A stretch of 64,000 bases of DNA from Acidobacteriota bacterium. Its GTDB lineage: Bacteria; Acidobacteriota; UBA890; WLXD01. The notes beneath the pieces were generated by a model. It ran no database searches, was not told the DNA's origin, and saw only the letters and a program-made list of their open reading frames with translations. The translations under genes and the position numbers were made by a program. Positions 10,456 to 18,925 of this stretch are shown one piece after another. Each line of letters begins with the position of its first letter. Position 1 is the stretch's first letter. The DNA is taken from NCBI GenBank assembly GCA_965205505.1, contig CBDBHB010000006.1:192001-256000 (forward strand), read 5' to 3'.

Positions 10456-11928
10456 ATGAACAGCTTCCCGATTTCGACCTCCGACCTGGCGTCGCTGAAC
10501 GCCGAGATAACCCTGACGATCGGATCGCTCGTCGTGTTGGTGTGGGGTGCCTGCGCGGCTCGAACACGGTCTACTGGGCGGATGTTCGCGTGGGTGACGC
10601 TGCTCACGGTGCTCGGCGCTCTCGCCGGGGTTGTCTTCGGGATATCGCCGCAGATCGAGCGGGGCGTTACCGCGGCGTTCTCCGGTCAGCTAGCCGTCGA
10701 CGCCTTCGGGAGCTTCTTCGCGGTGCTTTTTCTTGTAACCGCGGCCCTCACCATTGCCGCCTCGGCCCGATTCTTGGAAGACGAGGACGCACACCTTCCC
10801 GAGTACTACTTCTTCATGCTCGTAGCGCTCGTCGGCATGATGATCATGGCACGCGGCGCCGACCTGATCAGCATCTTTGTGGGGCTCGAGCTGCAGGCGT
10901 TGTCGGTCTACGTGCTGGTTGGCTACCTCAAGAAAGATAAGCGCTCGAACGAGGGAGGCCTGAAGTACTTCATCCTTGGCGGCCTGTCCTCGGGCATTTT
11001 CATCTATGCGCTCTCGCTGATCTACGCCGTCGTCGGGACGACGAGCCTCGCGGCAATCGGCGCCTCCGTGGCAAACGGCAACCTGGCAGGCGATCCGATC
11101 CTGCTGCTGGGCCTGATCCTGTTGATCGTCTCGCTGGGCTTCAAAGTCGCCGCGGTTCCTTTCCACCTGTGGGCGCCAGACGCTTACACGGGCGCCGCTA
11201 CCCCGGTCACCCTGTTTATCTCGGTAGCCTCCAAAGCGGCGGCGTTCGCCATGATGATCCGTATCCTGTTCGTGGCTTTTTCGCCAATGACAGCGTCGTG
11301 GACATCGTTGCTGGCACTGTTGGCCGCCGTCACGATGACGTTTGGCAACGTCGCCGCGTTATCGCAGAACAACGTCAAGCGGATGTTTGCCTACTCGAGC
11401 GTCGCCCACGCGGGATACGCGCTGGTCGGGGTGGCGGCGGGCACTTCGTACGGCATCGCCGCCACGATGTACTACCTCTTCGCCTACACGTTCATGAACG
11501 TGGGGGCCTGGTCGATGGTGATCATGCTGCGCCGCAACGGGCTCGCCGGCGAGAGCGTTGACGACCTCAACGGGCTGGTGCACCGGTCGGGTACCGCAAC
11601 TGCGGCCATGCTGATCTTCCTGCTGTCGTTGGGAGGGATTCCGCCGACGATCGGCTTCCTCGGCAAGTGGTACGTGTTCGGTGCCGCCATCGACGCCGGC
11701 TATGGCTGGCTGGCGGTTGTCGGTGCGATCAACGCCGCCATCTCGCTCTTCTACTACCTGCGGATCGCCAAGGCGATGCTCATGAGCGAGGCCGACGCCG
11801 AGGTAACGCTTGCCCGGTCGATTCCGTTGCAGATGGCGCTCGGTGTCTGTGCCTCGATCACCGTGGCGGGCATCATCTGGGCCACGCCGATGGTGAACTG
11901 GGTACAGCGCGCCGCCCTTCAATTCTGA
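10456..11928 (+). CDS. nuoN: NADH-quinone oxidoreductase subunit N
   Basis: EGGLKYFILG, FKVAAVPFHLWAPDAY, GIPPTIGFLGK. Confidence 0.97.
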   Translation: MNSFPISTSDLASLNAEITLTIGSLVVLVWGACAARTRSTGRMFAWVTLLTVLGALAGVVFGISPQIERGVTAAFSGQLAVDAFGSFFAVLFLVTAALTIAASARFLEDEDAHLPEYYFFMLVALVGMMIMARGADLISIFVGLELQALSVYVLVGYLKKDKRSNEGGLKYFILGGLSSGIFIYALSLIYAVVGTTSLAAIGASVANGNLAGDPILLLGLILLIVSLGFKVAAVPFHLWAPDAYTGAATPVTLFISVASKAAAFAMMIRILFVAFSPMTASWTSLLALLAAVTMTFGNVAALSQNNVKRMFAYSSVAHAGYALVGVAAGTSYGIAATMYYLFAYTFMNVGAWSMVIMLRRNGLAGESVDDLNGLVHRSGTATAAMLIFLLSLGGIPPTIGFLGKWYVFGAAIDAGYGWLAVVGAINAAISLFYYLRIAKAMLMSEADAEVTLARSIPLQMALGVCASITVAGIIWATPMVNWVQRAALQF

Positions 11929-11948
11929 ACCTCCTGGCCTGATTCGAG

Positions 11949-12224
11949 ATGGCCACCGCGCCGGAGCCGCAGCGAGACGACGCGAGCGGCTGGGCTCGAC
12001 AGCTCACCTTGGTGGGGCACGTCGGGGCGATGTTCCCGGTGGCGATCGGCCTCGGGTTCATGGGCGGCTACTGGCTCGACGGCCGTCTCGGCACGGCGCC
12101 GTGGCTGGCTCTACTGGGCTTCGGCCTCGGAGTCGTCGCCGCGATCCGCAATCTGCTGCGCTCGGTCGCCGCTCTCGAGGCGAGCGAGCGAAGCGAAGCG
12201 AGCGACGGGTCGGACGACATCTGA
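11949..12224 (+). CDS. atpZ: AtpZ/AtpI-family (ATPase gene 1) small membrane protein
   Basis: G..GYWLDGRLGTAPW motif with 2 TM helices, upstream of F0 genes. Confidence 0.8.
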   Translation: MATAPEPQRDDASGWARQLTLVGHVGAMFPVAIGLGFMGGYWLDGRLGTAPWLALLGFGLGVVAAIRNLLRSVAALEASERSEASDGSDDI

Positions 12225-12279
12225 TCAGCGCGGGGCGATACGTCGGCCGCGGACGTCCCGCTCGCCGCAGCTGAGGACG

Positions 12280-12475
12280 CTAGTGGTCTGTAACAGAGGT
12301 TCGTTGCATATTATGGTGCGCGCGACTGAGTCGAATCCAAGGAGGCTCGACGACGGCGATGCTGAGAGTATCGCAGAGGAGGGCCGACGCCGGAGGTGGC
12401 CAGTCCCGCGGCCGCCCGGAGGGCTGCTGGGTCGAGATGGGGCCAGATGTAGGACGGCCTGACGCAGGCGATGTC
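12280..12475 (+). mobile_element. degenerate arm of IS630-like MITE family plus a partial tandem copy
   Basis: CTAGTGGTCTGTAACAGAGGTTCGTTGCATAT matches the TIR at 14053/14330; subterminal hairpin motif at 12338 lies at the same 57-58 bp offset; 12425-12475 resembles 14085-14135. Confidence 0.75.
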
Positions 12476-12574
12476 CTGGCAGGCCGCTGGCTACGCCGGT
12501 CAGCTTGGATTCGTCGGCCGGCCCCGGCACCATTGCGCCGACACGCACGCACCGTTTCAACAGCCGGAGGCTGC

Positions 12575-14056
12575 ATGATCGCCCTGACCCCGGCTCGGCT
12601 TATCGACGTTGACGAGCTGGACGATCGCGGGCTGCAGCGTACCGCCGACGCCCTCGAGCTTGGCGACGACCGGCTGGTGACCGATCGCCACCGCTACCGG
12701 TATCAAGCACCCGACGGGCTCCCCGATCGGAGCGCGCGCACGCTGCATGTGGACGACTTTTCCTTGATCGCCCACGTGTGCGATATCAGCGGCATCGACT
12801 ACTACCCGAGCAGGGCATTCGTGCGTCAACGTGACGGCGATCTCGTCGCCGGGACGTTCTCGCCGATCGACGGGTACGCCGACTATCTGGATCAACAGCT
12901 CGGGTTGGGTCAGTCGCAGTACGTACGCGCGGCTCCAGCACCTGGTGCACCGGCCTACGCGGCGTTCGAGGCACTTCTCGGCGACGACGGCGCGCAGCAG
13001 CGGATCGCTACCGCAGCTCGAGAGGCACACGACAACTTCTGGATCCATCCATATATGGGGTTGGAGGCAGCCTGGGAGCTCGGAAGGCGGCTCGCCGAGC
13101 GCACTGAGCGCCGGGTCCGCGTGCTAGGGCCGCCGCCGCGCCTCACCGAGCTCGCTAACAACAAGGTGTGGTTCAGATCGGCCGTCGAGCGGGTCCTCGG
13201 GCGGGAGTGGACGCTCGACTCATACACTGGGACGTGCACCAGGGAGATCACCGAAGACCTGGCAAGGGTGGCGGCTGACGCACCTCGCGTGGCCATCAAG
13301 CTCGCCGATAGCGCCTCCGGCATGGGTACCGAGATCGTCGAGGGGGCAGATGTCCGGAATCGATCACAGGAGTCGCTCGAGGCGTTCGTCGCCGACTGGC
13401 TCGCCAGCCACGGCTGGCAGGCGGAGTCGCCACCTGTCTCGGTGGAGCCATGGCGAACGGATGTTGTCGGATCGCCCAGCATCCAACTTTGGATACCCCC
13501 ACTCGACGGCGGACCGCCGCTGTTGGAGGGAATCTTCGATCAACGTTTCTACCCCACACAAGAACAGGTGTTTCAAGGCAGCGTGCCCAGCCAGTTGCCG
13601 CACACCTTACAGCGACGCATCGGTGCCGCGGGTCTGCTCCTGGGACGGCTATTTCAGCTCCTTAACTACGTGGGGCGCTGTTCGTTCGACACCATCCTGT
13701 GCGGCTCGAACGTCTCGAATGCCACCATCAAGTTCACTGAGTGCAATGGGCGGTGGGGCGGGACCAGCACCCCCATGAGCCTGATGAATCGACTGTTCGG
13801 CGACTATCGCCGTCAGCCCTACGTAGCCGGCGTGTTGCACTACGATCGACTCAAGGGCATCGGCGTCGACGAGTTCGTACGACAGCTCGCGGATGTACTG
13901 TTCGATGCTCGTACGGGTAGCGGATGGGGCATCGTGTTGAACGTGGGATGCCTGCGGCCGGCCGGCAAGCTCGATGTGATCAGCCTCGGTGAGTCGCCGG
14001 CGATTGCGGAACGGCGGCAGGGCGAGTTCCTCGACATCGTGGCATCGCGCTTCTAG
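12575..14056 (+). CDS. pre-ATP-grasp + ATP-grasp ligase (PGM1-like peptide/amide ligase)
   Basis: GGAGG RBS before ATG 12575; ANNK, IKLADSASGMG, SPSIQ, GRCSFD, FTECNGRWGG ATP-grasp motifs; the ORF-track extension to 12359 runs through MITE DNA. Confidence 0.7.
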   Translation: MIALTPARLIDVDELDDRGLQRTADALELGDDRLVTDRHRYRYQAPDGLPDRSARTLHVDDFSLIAHVCDISGIDYYPSRAFVRQRDGDLVAGTFSPIDGYADYLDQQLGLGQSQYVRAAPAPGAPAYAAFEALLGDDGAQQRIATAAREAHDNFWIHPYMGLEAAWELGRRLAERTERRVRVLGPPPRLTELANNKVWFRSAVERVLGREWTLDSYTGTCTREITEDLARVAADAPRVAIKLADSASGMGTEIVEGADVRNRSQESLEAFVADWLASHGWQAESPPVSVEPWRTDVVGSPSIQLWIPPLDGGPPLLEGIFDQRFYPTQEQVFQGSVPSQLPHTLQRRIGAAGLLLGRLFQLLNYVGRCSFDTILCGSNVSNATIKFTECNGRWGGTSTPMSLMNRLFGDYRRQPYVAGVLHYDRLKGIGVDEFVRQLADVLFDARTGSGWGIVLNVGCLRPAGKLDVISLGESPAIAERRQGEFLDIVASRF

Positions 14057-14330
14057 TGGCCTGTAACAGATGATCGTTGCGTATCGTGGTGGCGAAATGG
14101 GTCCGGATGCCAGGCGCGACGACGAGACGATGTTTGCCCATCTTGGAGGAGGAGCAACGCCGCAGACGGGCCGATTTCGCCGCCATCCTGCGGACAGATG
14201 GGCAGTTGCGGGCGATATCGGCGTTGCGCCTCGTCGACGATGCCCAATGCATCGCCTTCCTCCCCGCGCCTTGATCTCACCCGCAAATCCCATCTGCGAT
14301 ATGCAACGATCATCTGTTACAGGCCACTAG
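14053..14330. mobile_element. 278-bp MITE with 34-bp terminal inverted repeats (IS630-like ends)
   Basis: 14053-14086 CTAGTGGCCTGTAACAGATGATCGTTGCGTATCG vs reverse complement of 14297-14330, 33/34 identical; CTAG at both ends; no transposase. Confidence 0.9.
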
Positions 14331-14339
14331 TGTCCTGAC

Positions 14340-14750
14340 ATGCTGATGCGCAGGCCACCCGCAACGGATGAAACGGACGCTCTGATTCGACGTCTGAGGC
14401 GCAACTCGATCAACGCTCTTGTCGCCCTCGCGATCGTTGTCGGGGCCATCACTTGGTCGCTCGCTCAAATCGCTGGGCTGCTCCTGTCTGGAGTCCTCAT
14501 TTTGTTGAATTTCAAGGGGTTAGTGGCCCTGACGGATGGCATCCTGGGGACCGATCGGGAAGCGCCCGGGGCACTCCAGGCGGCGCTACTGCTTGGCCGG
14601 TATGTGTTGCTGGGTATTGGACTCTATGCTATCGTCCAGCTACCAGGCGTGGGGCCGATTCCGGTCGCCCTGGGGCTCTCGATTCTGGTTATCGCGGTTC
14701 TTCTGGAAGCGATTTTCTACCTCTCCACCGGCGCTGATCGCCGCTCCTAA
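14340..14750 (+). CDS. atpI: ATP synthase subunit I (4 TM)
   Basis: Hydrophobic 136 aa protein directly upstream of atpB. Confidence 0.75.
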   Translation: MLMRRPPATDETDALIRRLRRNSINALVALAIVVGAITWSLAQIAGLLLSGVLILLNFKGLVALTDGILGTDREAPGALQAALLLGRYVLLGIGLYAIVQLPGVGPIPVALGLSILVIAVLLEAIFYLSTGADRRS

Positions 14751-14767
14751 CTCACCCAAATACGGTC

Positions 14768-15463
14768 ATGGAGCACGAGGTCTCTGCCCTTTACAACTGG
14801 CTGCACGGCGGTCTTGACGCCGCCTTCGGCGCCGGGTTCATCACCGATCAGACCGTCATGGCGTGGTTCGTCGTGACGCTGTCGCTGGTGACCCTACCCT
14901 TGCTGGCGCGGCGCTTCTCGATGTACAAGCCGAGCCCAGCACAGCAGATGCTCGAGATCGGCGTAGGGTCGATCAATACTATGTGCGACGCCTTCATCGG
15001 CGAGAACAGCCGCAAGTACGCCAGGGTGATGGGGCCCATCGCGCTGTTTATCCTGCTATCGAACTTAGTGGGTTTCGTCCCTGGGTTTCAGCCACCTACC
15101 GCGGATCTCAACACCACAGCGGCGCTCGGCATCTGCTCATTCCTCATCTACAACTTCGTCGGCATCCGAGCACAGGGAACACGCTACTTGCAGCAGTTCA
15201 TCGGCGATCCGGTATGGCTGTCGCCCTTGATGATCCCCATCGAGATCCTTAGTCATCTGTCGCGACCCATCTCTCTATCGATCCGACTTTTTGGAAACAT
15301 GTTTGCCGAGCACACCCTCGCCGGTGTTTTCTTCTTCCTGCTACCAATTGGCCTGCCGGTAATCTTCGCGCCGCTAGGCGTATTCGTGTCGTTCATGCAG
15401 ACGTTCGTCTTCGTGATGCTGTCGATGCTCTACATCGCCGGCTCGCTGGAGCACGGCCACTAG
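14768..15463 (+). CDS. atpB: F0F1 ATP synthase subunit a
   Basis: PPTADLN, RPISLSIRLFGNMFAEH (essential Arg), MQTFVFVMLSMLY. Confidence 0.97.
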   Translation: MEHEVSALYNWLHGGLDAAFGAGFITDQTVMAWFVVTLSLVTLPLLARRFSMYKPSPAQQMLEIGVGSINTMCDAFIGENSRKYARVMGPIALFILLSNLVGFVPGFQPPTADLNTTAALGICSFLIYNFVGIRAQGTRYLQQFIGDPVWLSPLMIPIEILSHLSRPISLSIRLFGNMFAEHTLAGVFFFLLPIGLPVIFAPLGVFVSFMQTFVFVMLSMLYIAGSLEHGH

Positions 15464-15512
15464 GCCGCAAGGGCTCGTCCGGCCCCAGCCCCCTCTGGAA
15501 AGGAGCATTCCG

Positions 15513-15842
15513 ATGTACAAGCGGCTCGCCTTCGTCGCGGCCAGCGCGTTCGCGCTACTCACCCCGAACCTCGCAATGGCGCAGGAAACCGCCAACAACT
15601 ACGACGTCGGCAGCTCGGTCGCGCTCGCAGCGGGCTTGGGTATGGCGATCGCCGCGGCTGGTTGCGGTATCGCCCAGAGCCGCGCCATCGCCGCCGCTCT
15701 CGAAGGCATTGCAAGAAACCCGAGCGCCGCGGGCCCCATCAGAGCTTCGATGATTTTCGGTCTCGTGCTCATCGAGTCACTGGCGATCTACGCGCTGTTG
15801 ATCGCCATCTTGTTGATCTTTCAGTTCGCACCGACCATGTAG
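15513..15842 (+). CDS. atpE: F0F1 ATP synthase subunit c with signal-peptide-like N-extension
   Basis: GIARNP loop, LIESLAIY carboxylate motif. Confidence 0.97.
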   Translation: MYKRLAFVAASAFALLTPNLAMAQETANNYDVGSSVALAAGLGMAIAAAGCGIAQSRAIAAALEGIARNPSAAGPIRASMIFGLVLIESLAIYALLIAILLIFQFAPTM

Positions 15843-15922
15843 GACGGCGGCGTTTACCGCTGGCCGCCGTCACCGGCCGGTAGCCGTCGCAGGAATGTAC
15901 CTGCGGCGGCTCGCCTCTTGTT
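15843..15922 (+). terminator. two GC-rich hairpins after atpE (probable terminator)
   Basis: GACGGCGGC..GCCGCCGTC (15843-15871) and AGCCGTCGCAGG..CCTGCGGCGGCT (15882-15911), weak U tract. Confidence 0.55.
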
Positions 15923-15951
15923 AGGCCATGATGCGCCCCTTGAGCACCCTG

Positions 15952-15977
15952 CTAGTGGCCTGTAACCAGGCGACTAG
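15952..15977. repeat. 26-bp collapsed element of the same TIR family
   Basis: CTAGTGGCCTG-TAAC-CAGGCGACTAG; first 15 nt identical to the MITE TIR. Confidence 0.75.
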
Positions 15978-16069
15978 GCTACGCCGGCCGCGGCAGCACC
16001 GCGTGCGCTGCTAAGATTACGCCGCGTTTCTGAACTCCTGGCGCGGCCCGCGGCCTCCTTGCGAACATC

Positions 16070-16564
16070 ATGTCCGACAACCACGGCTACGAGATCGACT
16101 ACGAGCACATCGACGTTGCTCGCTTGATGGAACAGGTGCGAGCCCGCGCAGCCGCGCGAGCCGGGAACGAGCCCACCCCCTCGATAGTCGATTCGCCGGA
16201 TCTACTGCGGCGGTTACGGGAAAACCTCGATCTCGACGACGAGCAACCCTACGAGCTGCAGCGAACACTACGACTGGCGGGCGATTGGAACATTGCTCCG
16301 GACGACCTGCGAGTGTCGCATGACGGCCCGATCGGTACGCTGATCAGTACCGTCCGCAGGCTGGCGCACCCCCTCGTGAAGGTGCTCGTCAACCTCGACG
16401 CGCCGCTACACAAGCAGTTCAAGATCAACCTCGGAATGGCGCACGCCATTCATGAGTTAACGCTCGAAAACGCCGCATTGCACTGCCGGGTGCAGGAGCT
16501 CTCGGAACGTATCGATGAGCTCGCGGAGCGCAGCAACGACGTGTCTACCGGCAGGTCTTGCTGA
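16070..16564 (+). CDS. hypothetical protein with C-terminal coiled coil, head of glycosyltransferase operon
   Basis: 164 aa ORF; heptad-like C-terminus; abuts first GT. Confidence 0.7.
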   Translation: MSDNHGYEIDYEHIDVARLMEQVRARAAARAGNEPTPSIVDSPDLLRRLRENLDLDDEQPYELQRTLRLAGDWNIAPDDLRVSHDGPIGTLISTVRRLAHPLVKVLVNLDAPLHKQFKINLGMAHAIHELTLENAALHCRVQELSERIDELAERSNDVSTGRSC

Positions 16565-16568
16565 ACAA

Positions 16569-17789
16569 TTGCGCCTCGCTATTGTTGTCCAGCGATACGG
16601 CGCGGAGATCTCAGGAGGCGCTGAGCTTCACGCTCGGCTAGTTGCCCAGCGGCTCGCTCGGAGCCACGACTTGGTGGTCGTAACCACCTGCGCGTCGGAC
16701 TACGTAACCTGGCGCAATCACTATCCGCGCGGCCTCTCGAGCATCGATGGCATCCCTGTCTACAGATTTCCGGTGCGGCGTCCTCGCGACCCACAGCGCT
16801 TCGGGCAGCTACAGGAGAGGGTCTTTCATCGTCAGCACGATGAGCGCACGGCGCACGCGTGGATGGATGCCCAAGGTCCATATACGCCCAGGATGCTTCG
16901 ATGGATCAAGCACCATCGCAACACGTTCGACTACTTCATTTGTTTCTCTTATCGGTATTGGACTACGTGGCGCGCAATGCAGGCGGTCGAGGGTAAGGGC
17001 GTGCTTGTCCCTACCGCCGAACCGGACCCCGCCATCGAGCTGCCTCTGTACCACGCCGTATTTCGGTCGGCGCGGGCGATCATGTACAACTCCCACGAGG
17101 AACGCGCCATGATCCACCGCCACTCTGGGAACGAGTCGGTGCCAGGCGTGGTGGTTGGGGTCGGGATCGTCGAGGCTCCACCTGTCGACGCTACGCGCTT
17201 CCGCGCCACGCGTGGGGTGGACGGACCGTTTCTGCTTTACGTCGGCCGCATCGACCACAACAAGGGTTGCACACAGCTGTTCGACTTTTACCTGCGGGCC
17301 TACGATCGCCTCCAAGAGGAAGGTGTGCGTCCTCCGCGGCTCGTGCTCGCCGGAAGCGCCATGATGCCGATACCGGAGCACCCGGCGATTATTCACCTCG
17401 GCCGCGTTTCCGAGCAAGAGAAGTACGATGCCCTCGCGGCCTCGACGGCGCTGGTGATGCCGTCGTTCTACGAGAGCCTCTCGATGGTCCTGTTAGAAGC
17501 GTGGGCCCTGTCGCGTCCGGTGGTGGTAAACGCCCACTGTGACGTGATCCGAGGTCAGACACGACGCAGCAACGGCGGACTGTGGTATCGGAATAGCGCC
17601 GAGTTCGCTGAATGCGTGCAACTGCTAGCCGAGGATCCGCCCCTCGGAATCAGCCTCGGAGAGCGCGGGCACGCTTACTACGCGGCGAATTACACTTGGC
17701 CGACGATCGACGACAAGTACGAGACCATGCTGGCCCGGCTCCATGCGGATGACTCGGCCCGGCGCGGTCCGCGGCAAAGTACGAGCTGA
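16569..17789 (+). CDS. glycosyltransferase family 4
   Basis: VVQRYG..GGAE, YVGRID.NKG, ESLSMVLLEAW (EX7E); probable TTG start 16569. Confidence 0.92.
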   Translation: MRLAIVVQRYGAEISGGAELHARLVAQRLARSHDLVVVTTCASDYVTWRNHYPRGLSSIDGIPVYRFPVRRPRDPQRFGQLQERVFHRQHDERTAHAWMDAQGPYTPRMLRWIKHHRNTFDYFICFSYRYWTTWRAMQAVEGKGVLVPTAEPDPAIELPLYHAVFRSARAIMYNSHEERAMIHRHSGNESVPGVVVGVGIVEAPPVDATRFRATRGVDGPFLLYVGRIDHNKGCTQLFDFYLRAYDRLQEEGVRPPRLVLAGSAMMPIPEHPAIIHLGRVSEQEKYDALAASTALVMPSFYESLSMVLLEAWALSRPVVVNAHCDVIRGQTRRSNGGLWYRNSAEFAECVQLLAEDPPLGISLGERGHAYYAANYTWPTIDDKYETMLARLHADDSARRGPRQSTS

Positions 17790-17817
17790 CGTGGGCGGAT
17801 CATCCAATACAGCCAGC

Positions 17818-18897
17818 ATGAAGCCCCGAGGCATTCATCAGCTCTCGATCTCCGCAGCGCGCGGCGACGCCATCGGCAACGACATGCACCAGATTCGCTC
17901 AGCGCTTCGAGCCGCCGGACACGAGTCAGAGATCTTCGTCGAGTTGCTCGACTCCAGTATGGGCTCCGACGTGCATCCCTACCTCGAGTACCGCGACATC
18001 GCGTCGCCCGACAACGTCATGCTGCTGCACTACTCGATGGCCTCTCCTGTATCGAGAATGGTGGCTGGGCTCGACGACCGCCTCGTGTTGATCTACCACA
18101 ACATCACGCCACCCGAGTGGTTCGCACCATACTCGTTAGGACTCGCGCACAACTGCGCTGCCGGTCGACTCCAGCTCGCCAAGCTACGCGGCCGCACTAC
18201 CCTCGCTCTTGGCGTGTCCGAGTACAATCGCCGGGAGCTTGAGGAGCTCGGCTTCGAGCGCACGGCAGTGGTCCCGCTCCTGCTCGACTTGGCGGCCCTC
18301 GATGGGGCAGCGAGCGAGATCGTACTCGACCGTTACGACGACGATTATCCGACCTGGCTGGCTGTTGGGCGCGTGGCGCCGAACAAATGTGTCGAGGAAA
18401 TTGTACGAGCGTTCACGTATTTCCAGCGCTACGTCGACAATCGGGCCCGGCTGCTGATCGTTGGGGAGCACCGCCACGTTCTTCCCTACTACTACGCCGT
18501 GCAGCGGTTTGCCAGGGAGATCGACTCAAAGAATATTCGCTTCGTCGGTCATGTCTCGGACGCTGAGCTCAACGCCTATTACCGGGTAGCCGATGTTCTG
18601 GTGTGCCTGTCGGAGCACGAGGGATTCTGTGTGCCGTTGTTCGAGGCTACCCAAAGCGGCCTGCCAGTGATCGCGTTGGCGGCGGCAGGCATCCCCTACT
18701 CCACCGGCGGCGGCATGCTGATGGTGGAGGACACGGACCCGGCGCTCGTCGCCGAGACCGTAGCGTGCGTGCTGGAGGACGAGAATCTGCGAGCGAAATT
18801 GCTGTCGCGACAACGCCGCGTGCTCGACGAGATCGCCGCGGAATGCGTCGTGCGGTCGCTTTTCAGCCACCTGCGAGACATCGGTGTCGAGGCATGA
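17818..18897 (+). CDS. glycosyltransferase family 4
   Basis: GDAIGN, YHNITP, VGRVAPNK, SEHEGFCVPLFE. Confidence 0.92.
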   Translation: MKPRGIHQLSISAARGDAIGNDMHQIRSALRAAGHESEIFVELLDSSMGSDVHPYLEYRDIASPDNVMLLHYSMASPVSRMVAGLDDRLVLIYHNITPPEWFAPYSLGLAHNCAAGRLQLAKLRGRTTLALGVSEYNRRELEELGFERTAVVPLLLDLAALDGAASEIVLDRYDDDYPTWLAVGRVAPNKCVEEIVRAFTYFQRYVDNRARLLIVGEHRHVLPYYYAVQRFAREIDSKNIRFVGHVSDAELNAYYRVADVLVCLSEHEGFCVPLFEATQSGLPVIALAAAGIPYSTGGGMLMVEDTDPALVAETVACVLEDENLRAKLLSRQRRVLDEIAAECVVRSLFSHLRDIGVEA

Positions 18898-18925
18898 CGG
18901 CGATGTGCCCGGGCAGAGTCGCCCG

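Noticed and set aside
12280-15977. Repeated CTAGTGG(C/T)CTGTAAC as a CRISPR array
   Set aside because: Copies are inverted or kilobases apart, with no regular spacers and no cas genes.
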